NCBI GenBank assembly: GCA_017415325.1
Contig: JAFQGY010000346.1
Coordinates: 1 to 48,495, forward strand
Source: Clostridia bacterium
GTDB taxonomy: Bacteria; Bacillota; Clostridia; Oscillospirales; CAG-272
Reading direction: 5' to 3'
Length of the DNA stretch: 48,495 bases
Below the pieces are notes generated by a model. It worked only from the letters and a program-made list of their open reading frames with translations. It did not search any database and was not told the DNA's origin. Positions 29,098 through 38,495 of the stretch are shown here, in pieces (position 1 is the first letter of the stretch; every line of letters starts with the position of its first letter). Made by a program: the position numbers and the translations under genes.

Positions 29098-31977
29098 ATG
29101 AAGACAATGAAAAAACTGCTGCTTACGGCTGGAATGCTGGCACTGCTGATGCTGCCGGTACAGGCGGAGGATGCTGAGCCGGTGTATATGCCTGCCCATG
29201 CACCTGCCGGAGCAGAGGAAGAAATGACCGGTTCATCCGGTTTCGGGGAAACATCCGCAGCATTCCAGGAGTGGAACAATATCCAGTGGGAATTCGATGA
29301 AACCACAGGGACACTGACGATCACAGGGCAGGGGAAAATGCCTGGATGGAGTTTCAGAGATGCCCCATGGGTCGGACATGCTGCTCAGGTAAAGACGGTA
29401 ATTGTAGGAGAAGGTATTACCTATATCGACAGCTGGGTACTTTCTTGCAGAGATATGCCGTATACTGCCCTCCATCTGCCGTCAACGCTGGAATATATAG
29501 ATGTAAACATGCTGGAGAACACTTCTCTGAATACCATTACGGTTGCAGAGGGCGGTATGTATTATGTAGAAGATAATGTTCTTTTCTGTAAAGATGGAAA
29601 TATGGTGACACTGAGCTTTTATCCGGGCGGTCTGACGAATACGGAATATACCGTTCCTGAGGGTGTTTCACATATTGGCAGATCTGCATTCGTCAATCGG
29701 AATCTGAAGAAGGTAACTCTGCCGGAAAGTCTTGTGGGAATCGGATATGTGGCGTTCGATGGTGCATACAGTCTTACGGAAATAACAATTCCGGCAGGGG
29801 TATCGGAGATTGATCTTGCAGCATTTGTGTATAGTGGTCTGCAAAATATTTATGTGGATCCAGACAACACCTGCTATACTTCTGTGGACGGCGTTCTGTT
29901 TACAAAGGATATGTCTATGCTGCATACCTATCCGGAGCGTAAAGAAGGGAACGGAGAATATACGGTGCCGGACGGAGTAACCGATGTGGTTTCAACCATA
30001 ATGTCTCTGAGCTATATTCGAAAGCTGTATCTGCCGGCTTCCGTGGAACGGCTGGTATCTGCTGGTACAGGGGCTTCCTCCTCTGCCTGGCTTCGTGAAA
30101 TCTATGTTGCGGAGGACAATCCGTACATGACGAGCGTGGATGGTATTCTGTACAGCAAGGATGTGACAGAACTGCTGTGGTATCCCAACAATCATTCCAA
30201 TATAGAATATACGGTACCGGATACGGTAGAACATATATACAGTTCTTCTTTCTGGTGGATCACCAATCTGCAGACAGTAATTTTCAACGATAAGGTATCT
30301 GTTGACGGATTTCTGCAGTGGGGAAACACCCTGACAGCGATGTACTTCCCTGGGAATGTTCCGGCCTGGCTGAATGATGCATGCAGGAGTGTGAAGGATC
30401 AGGCTATCCTGTACTATCCCAATGGAAACCCCACCTGGACGGACGGCTCCATGACAGTGGATGGGTATACCTATACCACAGCGGCATACGGAGAAGGGGT
30501 AGAAGACAGCACTGTATGGAACACATGGGAGAATATCGAGTGGTTCTATTACGATGTTACAGGCATCCTGAAGGTTCGCGGAACGGGTACCATCCCCGAT
30601 GTGGAATATGCAGAATATCCGTGGAATTCCTACAGATTCAACATCAAAAACCTGACTGTGGAAGCCGGCATCACCGATATTCCCTGGGGGGCATTTTATG
30701 GGTGTTATAATATGCTGTCCGTAAATCTCCCTGCTACGCTGGAAAGTATGAATACGGAATTTCTCATAAATGCATATAGCTTAAGAAGTCTTCAGGTAGA
30801 AGAAGGCGGTACCATATATACAGAGGACGGCGTGCTGTTTTCTGCGAAAGATAAGTCGCTGCTTCTGTATCCGCGATATCTGCAGAATGCATCGTATACT
30901 GTACCGGAAGGGACTATACGCATTGCATACAACGCTATAAACGGAAACGGTTCGCTGAAAGAACTGATTCTTCCGGAATCTCTTGAAGAAATCATGGGAA
31001 GGGCGCTGCAGATATCCGGTCTGGAGAGTCTGTACATTCCCAAAAATGTCCGGTATATTGATATGAACGGGATCCGTTTCTGTGATTATCTGACGGAAAT
31101 CACGGTGGATGCCGATAATCCCTATTATAAATCTGTGGACGGTATTCTTTTCACGGAAGATATGACAGTACTGCATACCTATCCGATGGGTCGTACGGCG
31201 GCTGAATACACGGTGCCGGATACGGTTGTGATAATGCCTGCTGCTGTATATACACAGGTACGGCAGCTGAAAAAACTGAATATTCCCGCTTCTGTGGAAG
31301 AGATCTGTGCGGCTACCGGCTGGTCTGGCGGATGCGTACTGGAAGAAATCGTGGTGGATCCGGACAATGCATATTTCTGTTCCGAAGACGGCGTGCTGTA
31401 CAGCAAGGACAAGACCGTACTGTACCATTATCCTGCCTGTAAAGAAGAGAAAGAATACCATATACCGGATTCGGTAACCACAACGATGTCTTTATGTATC
31501 TATGATGCGGATTATCTGGAAACACTGTATGTCGGGAAGAATATTGCCGATGTTCGGGATGCTATATTAGGCGGAACCTTCCCCCGACTCACCGGGGTCT
31601 ATTTCCAGGGGGATTTCCCGGACTATTTCTGGAAGGCATTCAACAATCTGCTCTACAGAGGAACAAAGTGTACATTCTATTATCCGGAAGGTGCCGAAGG
31701 ATGGAGCAGCCCCACCATGGAGATCAATGGATTTACATTCACCACTGCGGCATACACCCCCGACACTGCTGACATTCCCGCAGGTGACATCACCGGCGAC
31801 GGAACCACCGACCAGAATGACCTGTCTCTCCTGACCCAGTATTTCTCCGGCTACCCCACCGAAATCGATGAATCTGCTGTGGATCTGGACGGAAACGGGA
31901 AGCTGACCCGGAAGGATGTCATGATTCTCGCCCGGTATCTGGCCGGATGGGATGGGTATGACCAGTACTTCAGCTGA
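29098..31977 (+). CDS. Secreted 2x LRR + dockerin protein (paralog of 26103-28931)
   Basis: Same signal peptide, architecture and dockerin as the upstream gene; LRR payload clearly diverged. Confidence 0.85.
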   Translation: MKTMKKLLLTAGMLALLMLPVQAEDAEPVYMPAHAPAGAEEEMTGSSGFGETSAAFQEWNNIQWEFDETTGTLTITGQGKMPGWSFRDAPWVGHAAQVKTVIVGEGITYIDSWVLSCRDMPYTALHLPSTLEYIDVNMLENTSLNTITVAEGGMYYVEDNVLFCKDGNMVTLSFYPGGLTNTEYTVPEGVSHIGRSAFVNRNLKKVTLPESLVGIGYVAFDGAYSLTEITIPAGVSEIDLAAFVYSGLQNIYVDPDNTCYTSVDGVLFTKDMSMLHTYPERKEGNGEYTVPDGVTDVVSTIMSLSYIRKLYLPASVERLVSAGTGASSSAWLREIYVAEDNPYMTSVDGILYSKDVTELLWYPNNHSNIEYTVPDTVEHIYSSSFWWITNLQTVIFNDKVSVDGFLQWGNTLTAMYFPGNVPAWLNDACRSVKDQAILYYPNGNPTWTDGSMTVDGYTYTTAAYGEGVEDSTVWNTWENIEWFYYDVTGILKVRGTGTIPDVEYAEYPWNSYRFNIKNLTVEAGITDIPWGAFYGCYNMLSVNLPATLESMNTEFLINAYSLRSLQVEEGGTIYTEDGVLFSAKDKSLLLYPRYLQNASYTVPEGTIRIAYNAINGNGSLKELILPESLEEIMGRALQISGLESLYIPKNVRYIDMNGIRFCDYLTEITVDADNPYYKSVDGILFTEDMTVLHTYPMGRTAAEYTVPDTVVIMPAAVYTQVRQLKKLNIPASVEEICAATGWSGGCVLEEIVVDPDNAYFCSEDGVLYSKDKTVLYHYPACKEEKEYHIPDSVTTTMSLCIYDADYLETLYVGKNIADVRDAILGGTFPRLTGVYFQGDFPDYFWKAFNNLLYRGTKCTFYYPEGAEGWSSPTMEINGFTFTTAAYTPDTADIPAGDITGDGTTDQNDLSLLTQYFSGYPTEIDESAVDLDGNGKLTRKDVMILARYLAGWDGYDQYFS

Positions 31978-32111
31978 GGAAAACCCTATACAGCCATAAC
32001 CGAATCCGCTCCTGTGGGACAAACCTGCGGGGGCGGGTTTTGTTTGTTTTTGGGAGTAATTAATCTGCCTTTAAAAAATCATGGCCAAAGGGATTTTTCT
32101 GATAAAATCGC

Positions 32112-32140
32112 TTGCAATTTGCATTCTTTGGTGTTATACT
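32112..32140 (+). promoter_or_regulatory. SigA-type promoter
   Basis: TTGCAA-17 nt-TATACT with extended -10 TG. Confidence 0.7.
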
Positions 32141-32193
32141 TATACATGGACAAATATTGTCATGGCAAAATTTTCTAAGAGGAGAGAGAACCA

Positions 32194-35100
32194 ATGAAAC
32201 GCAAACTTTGGACAGCGCTGCTTCTGGCGGCCCTGACGACGACCCTGCTTTCCACGGCTGCGGCTGCGGAAGACTGGGGAAGCGGCGGATGGGAAGTGGC
32301 CAAGCGGAAAGCGGACTGGAATCCGGACGGTATCTGGGCAGAAGGGGAATACTATTCCGTTGACCCGGCCTATGATACGGAAAACTATCAGGCTGCCAAC
32401 GATGAACTGTACGAACGGGCAGAAAATCTGAACTACATGATGGCGATGTCCTGGGACGAAGACTACCTGTACACGTACATTTCCTATCAGGCACCCGCCG
32501 AACCGGTTGTTTCCGCAGACCTGTGGGACGGCCATGTGATTCAGTTCTCCGGGACAGATGTGGGGAACGAAACCATTTATAATGAAAATGGGGAAGTAAC
32601 AGATGACCCCCGCCTGGAAATCGGGATTACCAGAAATTTTGAAACCGACGAGAAGATCAGTACCAACTGGTGCACCTGGCTGGATTCTGACTATGGCTTC
32701 GATTCCAACTGTACGGACGACTTCGAAGCGTTCTTCTGCGACGGTTGGGTGACTTACGAATTCCGCGTGCCCTTTGCCGCATTCTCGGAGATTACCCCTG
32801 CGGTGAACGAACAGGTCGGCGTGGCGTATGTGATTGCCGTTGGGGACGGGGACTGGAATTATTCCCATGTCCAGATCGGGCAGGGCGTCACCGGCGGGAA
32901 GCATGCGGAACTGCATTCTGTGATCACCCTGACGGATACATTTGAGTTTCCGGAACGGGACGGCAATGCGTACTATATCCTGTTCCATAATATCGGGAAC
33001 AACAATCCCCACAGCGAATATTTCTCATACTATGAAAGCGGTGACAGCCTGCAGTATTACGGTACGGACGGCGCTGAAGATACCGCATATGCAGACGACC
33101 TGCTTGCCCTTCTGCCGGAAGAAAAACGGGAAGAAATGCAGAACGTGGAAGGGTATGATTTTATCAACTTCCGTCTTGCATACTGGAACGAGACAGACGG
33201 TGTCGGCTCCGTGGTGGAAAACCGGCAATTCAAGCTGACGGACAAGGTTTCTCTTGCGGATGTACAGGACTATGCGTTCTACGACGGGTACAACTGGTGC
33301 ATCATGTTCACCGCCTGCTATGACCCGGAAATGTACACCGTAAAGTTCAACAACATCGGGAACGTGAATCCGGGCGACTACTGGTCGGCACAGAAGATGG
33401 ATGTTGTTCCCTTTGACACCAACTTCTACGATATTTTCCCGTATGAATGGGACTACCCGACTCTGTTTGACGTACCCGGGTTCCGGTTCGACCGCTGGCG
33501 TGTGCTGGACTTCACCAATGAAGTGGAAAATCCCGGATATGAAGAACAGTACATGAGCGGCGGCGCCATGTATTACGGCGGTGCTGCTACAGAAGACGGG
33601 AGATACCCGCTGGACGGCTTCATTGCCGGATTTGCTTCCGAAATGGAAAGTGACGAATATCCGGTCATTACCCTCCGTGCGGTGTATTATCCCATCGACT
33701 ACACCATCCGCTTTGTGGACGATGACGGCGTGACGGAACTGCGGGATTCTGTGGTTCTGCACATCGGTGACGGGATCCGTGACCACTTCCCGGAAATCCC
33801 CGAGAAGGACTACGGTACCTTTACCCACTGGAAGCTGGACTGGGTGAACGGGGAAGACGGCTTCTATACCATGCCGTATGACGACGCAGACAACCCGGGA
33901 TACCCCATTGACGAAAACCTGATCGAAAAGTGTGCCGTGGATACCGATGATGACGGGTTCGGCGACACCATCACCCTCGTGGCGGAATACGAGCTGAACG
34001 AAGATGCCGGGGATCTGCGTGCATCCGGTATCATCGAAACCGAAAACGGCGATATCCAGTGGGAAGTACACTGGAACGGCCTGCTGTTTGTGGGCAACCA
34101 TGACCTGATAAACGGGCTTGTGATTCCGGATTATGAGATCTGGGAGGGCGTTTATGCACCGTGGCATCCCTACAGAAACTACATCACCGAACTGGAAATC
34201 GGCAGTGAAATTGGCGTGATCGGTAAAAATGCCTTTGCGGAACTGCAGAGAGTGGACTATCTCTTTATTCCCGGCAACGTAAAGGAAATCCGCGAAAATG
34301 CATTTATTGACTGCTGGAATGTAGGCTATATCGAACTGGATTACGGTATCGAAAAGATCGGCCGGGACGCATTCTGCGGCTGCAATACCGGCGATCTCTG
34401 GATTCCCGAAACTGTGACCGAAATGGACAGAGCTTCCTTCGCCCATCTGGGTACCAACTGGTACGGTGTGGACGGGAATAACCCTGTGTTCCATGCAGTA
34501 GACGGCGTCCTGTTCTATGAAGCAGACGGCCGGTACATCCTTTGGGCATATCCCAAGTGGGATGGACGACCTTCCTATGCAGTGCCGGAGGGTGTGGATA
34601 CCATCGGCGCCTGTGCATTCAAATGGGCAGAAAACGTAAAATCTGTGATTCTGCCGGATTCTCTGAAGTCTATCGAAGACGCTGCATTCTCCCGCTCCGG
34701 TGTGGAAACCATTCAGATTCCCGCCGGTGTGGTATTCCTGGACAACGGGGCATTTGAAGGTACGAATTCCCTGTCTTCCGTATACTTCTACGGCCCTGTT
34801 CCGACAGACTATGTAGGGTATGAGGTATTTACGGAAAACACCGACGACTTTACCATCTACTATCTCGAAGGTCAGGAAGGCTGGACGGAAGGTACATGGG
34901 ACAACCCCTATACGGAAGATGCAGCGGAAGCATATCCCACCGCCACCTTCTCCGCAGATGTCAACTTTGCGGAAGGTTCCATTGAAGGGTATGACATCAC
35001 ATGGTACATCACCATGGACGGCAGGCTGTATGTAAACGGCTCCGGCGAAATCCCGGACTATATCTGGGAGTACGGCTACAGCTGGTATGACCATATGAAT

Positions 35101-36945
35101 TCCATCCGGGAAATCCATATCGGCGACGACATCACCCGGATCGGGAACCATGCCTTTGACTGCGCATGCTATGTATCTGCTCTGACCCTGCCGAAGAATC
35201 TGGTGGAAGTCGGCGCACATGCATTCAATGGACAGTACAACAATGTGGGTACTCTGGTACTGCCCTATCAGGTGGAAACACTGGATTACAGCGCGTTCTG
35301 GGATATGGGTATCACCAAGGTAACCATTCCCGCATCCACCACCCTGATCGTCGGCAACGTATTTGCAGGCTGTCCCGTGGAAGAATACGTGGTGGAAAGC
35401 GGTAACCCTGTACACATGGCAGATGAATACGGTGTACTGTATTACTTGGAAAACGGTAAAGTGGCGGCAATTACCGCATATCCCATGGCCTCCGAACTGA
35501 CCGAATACACCATTCCCGAAGGGGAAGTGGAAATCGACGGCGTAACCTACGACTTTGCCGTAACCGACATCGACGACAGAGCGATTCACTGCACATGGAA
35601 TCTGGAAAAGATCACACTGCCGGAAACCCTGTGTGTGATCAAGGAACACAGTCTGAGCTACAACAACAATCTGTGGGAACTGACCATTCCTGCTTCCGTA
35701 TGCGAACTGTATCGGGATGCCCTGGCCTACAACTGGAACCTGCCCTCCATCCTCTTTGAAGGGAACAAGCCCGATATGCATGATGAGGAAGAAGGAACCC
35801 AGTTTAGGGAAAGCGGCGGCTATTGCGATACAGAATTCACCATCTACTACTACGAAGGTGCCGAAGGCTGGGCGGACTACACTCTGTACAAAACCGTGGC
35901 CATCGGTGAAGACGGTGTGATGTACAGCGGTACCATTGACGATACTATCACATGGTACATCACTGCGGACGGCAAGCTGTATGTAAACGGTTCCGGTTCC
36001 ATCCCGAACGATGTAGGAGATTATGAATACAGCTGGCATAACCACAAGGATTTTGTAAAAGAAATCCACATCGGCGAAGGCATCAAGGTGATCGGAAACA
36101 ACGCATTCTCCGGCTTCGGCAATGCGACTGTGCTGACTCTGCCGGATTCTCTGGAAGAAATCTGGACTGGCGCATTCCATGATACGGGCATCACCCATGT
36201 GACCATTCCTGCGGCTACATGGCAGATCATTGACAATGTATTCGGCGGCAGCCCTGTGGAAGAAATCACAGTGGAAGAAGGCAACCTCTGGCATGCAGTG
36301 GACGAATACGGTGCGCTGTATTATATGGAAGATGAAAACTATGGCTATCTGCTGTCCTATCCTGCCGCATCTGAGGGTACGGAACTGACAGTACAGGAAG
36401 GCACACACCACATCGGCAACCATGCTATTTACGGAACTTCTCTGACCTCCATTACCCTGCCCGGTTCTCTGCAGCATATCGGTTACGCCGGGATCTGCCT
36501 TAACGAAGGTCTGACCTCCCTGACCATTCCCGCTTCTGTGGGAGAGGTGGAAGAACGGGCTCTGGCATACAACAGGAATCTCAGTGCCATTACCTTTGAA
36601 GGCGACAAGCCCAATCTGTGGAGTGAAGAAGAAGGACTGCAGTTCGAACAGAACGCCGAAGACTTCACCATCTACTACTACGAAGGTGCCGAAGGCTGGG
36701 TGGACTATACTCTGTATCCCACCGTGGCGCTGCGGCGTACTTCCAAGGGGGACGTTACCGGGGACGGCAAGGTGACAGAAAACGACCTTGCTCTCCTGAC
36801 CCAGTACTTCGCAGGCTATCCTGTGGAAGTGGATGTATCCGTCATCGACATCGACGGTGAAAACGGCCTGACCCGGAAGGATGTCATGATCCTGAAACGG
36901 TACATCGCCGGCTGGGAAGGCTACGACCAGTACTTCGCAGAATAA
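32194..36945 (+). CDS. Secreted DOMON/CBM9-like + B-repeat-like + 3x LRR + dockerin protein
   Basis: RBS AAGGAG; WNPDGIWAEGEY..MAMSWDEDYLY; Y.I.F..PGF.F..W..L.A.Y repeats; three LRR modules; dockerin GDVTGDG..DIDGENGLTRKD. Confidence 0.83.
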   Translation: MKRKLWTALLLAALTTTLLSTAAAAEDWGSGGWEVAKRKADWNPDGIWAEGEYYSVDPAYDTENYQAANDELYERAENLNYMMAMSWDEDYLYTYISYQAPAEPVVSADLWDGHVIQFSGTDVGNETIYNENGEVTDDPRLEIGITRNFETDEKISTNWCTWLDSDYGFDSNCTDDFEAFFCDGWVTYEFRVPFAAFSEITPAVNEQVGVAYVIAVGDGDWNYSHVQIGQGVTGGKHAELHSVITLTDTFEFPERDGNAYYILFHNIGNNNPHSEYFSYYESGDSLQYYGTDGAEDTAYADDLLALLPEEKREEMQNVEGYDFINFRLAYWNETDGVGSVVENRQFKLTDKVSLADVQDYAFYDGYNWCIMFTACYDPEMYTVKFNNIGNVNPGDYWSAQKMDVVPFDTNFYDIFPYEWDYPTLFDVPGFRFDRWRVLDFTNEVENPGYEEQYMSGGAMYYGGAATEDGRYPLDGFIAGFASEMESDEYPVITLRAVYYPIDYTIRFVDDDGVTELRDSVVLHIGDGIRDHFPEIPEKDYGTFTHWKLDWVNGEDGFYTMPYDDADNPGYPIDENLIEKCAVDTDDDGFGDTITLVAEYELNEDAGDLRASGIIETENGDIQWEVHWNGLLFVGNHDLINGLVIPDYEIWEGVYAPWHPYRNYITELEIGSEIGVIGKNAFAELQRVDYLFIPGNVKEIRENAFIDCWNVGYIELDYGIEKIGRDAFCGCNTGDLWIPETVTEMDRASFAHLGTNWYGVDGNNPVFHAVDGVLFYEADGRYILWAYPKWDGRPSYAVPEGVDTIGACAFKWAENVKSVILPDSLKSIEDAAFSRSGVETIQIPAGVVFLDNGAFEGTNSLSSVYFYGPVPTDYVGYEVFTENTDDFTIYYLEGQEGWTEGTWDNPYTEDAAEAYPTATFSADVNFAEGSIEGYDITWYITMDGRLYVNGSGEIPDYIWEYGYSWYDHMNSIREIHIGDDITRIGNHAFDCACYVSALTLPKNLVEVGAHAFNGQYNNVGTLVLPYQVETLDYSAFWDMGITKVTIPASTTLIVGNVFAGCPVEEYVVESGNPVHMADEYGVLYYLENGKVAAITAYPMASELTEYTIPEGEVEIDGVTYDFAVTDIDDRAIHCTWNLEKITLPETLCVIKEHSLSYNNNLWELTIPASVCELYRDALAYNWNLPSILFEGNKPDMHDEEEGTQFRESGGYCDTEFTIYYYEGAEGWADYTLYKTVAIGEDGVMYSGTIDDTITWYITADGKLYVNGSGSIPNDVGDYEYSWHNHKDFVKEIHIGEGIKVIGNNAFSGFGNATVLTLPDSLEEIWTGAFHDTGITHVTIPAATWQIIDNVFGGSPVEEITVEEGNLWHAVDEYGALYYMEDENYGYLLSYPAASEGTELTVQEGTHHIGNHAIYGTSLTSITLPGSLQHIGYAGICLNEGLTSLTIPASVGEVEERALAYNRNLSAITFEGDKPNLWSEEEGLQFEQNAEDFTIYYYEGAEGWVDYTLYPTVALRRTSKGDVTGDGKVTENDLALLTQYFAGYPVEVDVSVIDIDGENGLTRKDVMILKRYIAGWEGYDQYFAE

Positions 36946-36961
36946 CCCGAATCCCAAACAA

Positions 36962-36991
36962 AGACCACCTCACATCATGGGGTGGTTTTTT
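36962..36991 (+). terminator. Intrinsic terminator ending the array
   Basis: AGACCACCTCA-CATCA-TGGGGTGGTT followed by TTTT. Confidence 0.75.
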
Positions 36992-37000
36992 GTGCGGATA

Positions 37001-37029
37001 TTGACTTCAATGCGGGGCTGTGCTATAAT
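37001..37029 (+). promoter_or_regulatory. SigA-type promoter of sugar kinase gene
   Basis: TTGACT-17 nt-TATAAT with extended -10 TG. Confidence 0.8.
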
Positions 37030-37144
37030 ATGTTAGATATAAGAAGTCAGAAATAAGAAGTGTTGCCCATGGCAGGCAGCGAAAAAGCCGTTTTGTATTT
37101 CTGATATCTTATTTCTTACTTCTTCTTTTTCACGGGGGGTGCGT

Positions 37145-38155
37145 ATGCAGAATCAGAACGGAATCACCTTCGCAGGAAATATACTGGTGGATGTGGTCAA
37201 AACCATCACGGGCTATCCCGAACCGGGGATGCTGGCGAATATCACCGCTGTGTCCCAGGCTGTGGGCGGATGCGTGCCCAATACGGCCATCGATGTGGCG
37301 AAAATGGATCAAAATGTGCCCATCAGAGCCCTCGGACGGGTGGGGGACGACGCCTACGGCCGCTATGTCACCGGGCAGATGCAGAAATACGGCATCGATA
37401 CCGCCGGCGTGATCGTCACCGAAGACGTGCCCACCAGCTTTTCCGATGTGATGAGCGACGTTTCTTCCGGGGAAAGAACATTCTTCCATGCCAGAGGCGC
37501 CAATGCCCTGTTCTCCCCTGACGACGTGGACGTGGATGCACTGGACTGCCGGATCTTCCATATCGGCTATATCCTGCTGCTGGATAAAATGGACGAAGCG
37601 GACGAAACCTTCGGCACAAAGCTGGCGGCCCTGCTGAAACGGGTGCAGGAGAGGGGCATCAGAACCTCCATCGACGTGGTCAGCGACTCCACCGGCCGGT
37701 TCCGGGAAAAGGTCGCTCCGGCACTGCGGTATGCCGACTATGCCATCATGAACGAAATCGAAGGCTGCGGCGTGTCCGGTCTGAACCCCAGAAAGGCAGA
37801 CGGCAGCATCGATGTGGAAAATATGCGCCAAACCATGCAGATCATGCTGGATATGGGCGTCCGTGACCGGGTGATCCTCCACAGCAAGGAGGCAGGATTC
37901 ATGCTCACAAAGGACGGTCAGTTCCGCATGGCCGATGCCGTGGATATTGACCCCAGTGAAATCGCCGGAAAGGTAGGTGCCGGAGATGCTTTCTGTGCCG
38001 GATGCCTGTACGGCCTGTACACCGGAATCCCGGACGAAAAACTGCTGGACTACGCTTCCGCCGCCGCCGTATGCAACCTCACCGCAGCCGACTCCATCAG
38101 CGGGATGAAGAGCGCAGAGGAAATCTGGCGGATTGTGGAGAGAAATCAGAAGTAA
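37145..38155 (+). CDS. PfkB/ribokinase-family carbohydrate kinase
   Basis: GNILVD, GGCVPN, GRVGDD..G, NE.E and VGAGDAF motifs. Confidence 0.9.
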   Translation: MQNQNGITFAGNILVDVVKTITGYPEPGMLANITAVSQAVGGCVPNTAIDVAKMDQNVPIRALGRVGDDAYGRYVTGQMQKYGIDTAGVIVTEDVPTSFSDVMSDVSSGERTFFHARGANALFSPDDVDVDALDCRIFHIGYILLLDKMDEADETFGTKLAALLKRVQERGIRTSIDVVSDSTGRFREKVAPALRYADYAIMNEIEGCGVSGLNPRKADGSIDVENMRQTMQIMLDMGVRDRVILHSKEAGFMLTKDGQFRMADAVDIDPSEIAGKVGAGDAFCAGCLYGLYTGIPDEKLLDYASAAAVCNLTAADSISGMKSAEEIWRIVERNQK

Positions 38156-38495
38156 GAAATCAGAGATAAGAAATAGAGGGAAAGAGAATTCAGAAATCAG
38201 AATTGAATAAGGCAAAACGAAAAACTACAGCAAAAAACGAAAAACAAAAAAATATCAGCCCCAAACGAAATCAAGCAATCGGAAACGATCTGTGGCGAAC
38301 GGGCTTGGTCCCCGTGAGCTCGCTTAACTATTCCGTCGGCCTTTGGACTGAATATAGTCCTGTGCAGATGGAATTGCAGAAACTCCACTCAGCTGGAACC
38401 CATGTTTAAAGTTTTTTGCCAAGCTTTTTTTCAAAAAAGCGTCTCGCGTCCCCCTAACCAAACAGTTTAGATACTCAATATTCTGGAGGATACAT

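Noticed and set aside
25965-32047. Integron/attC cassette array or shufflon
   Set aside because: No tyrosine or serine recombinase in the window, no attC-type core sites, all units co-oriented with their own promoters; hairpins read as ordinary terminators.
8627-36945. Diversity-generating retroelement acting on the repeated gene ends
   Set aside because: No reverse transcriptase in the window, mismatches between repeats are not adenine-specific, and the repeated parts are the conserved rather than variable regions.
3645-36945. Classical cellulosome (cip-cel) cluster
   Set aside because: No CBM3 on the scaffoldins and no recognisable GH catalytic domain in the dockerin proteins. The neighbouring GH36 is divergent and lacks both signal peptide and dockerin.
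33025-36957. 1310-aa minus-strand ORF, and similar long antisense ORFs (1078-3102, 6658-8490, 23443-26031, 40088-41821, 46866-48263)
   Set aside because: Shadow frames of real genes caused by codon bias; no RBS, recognisable motifs or protein-like composition.
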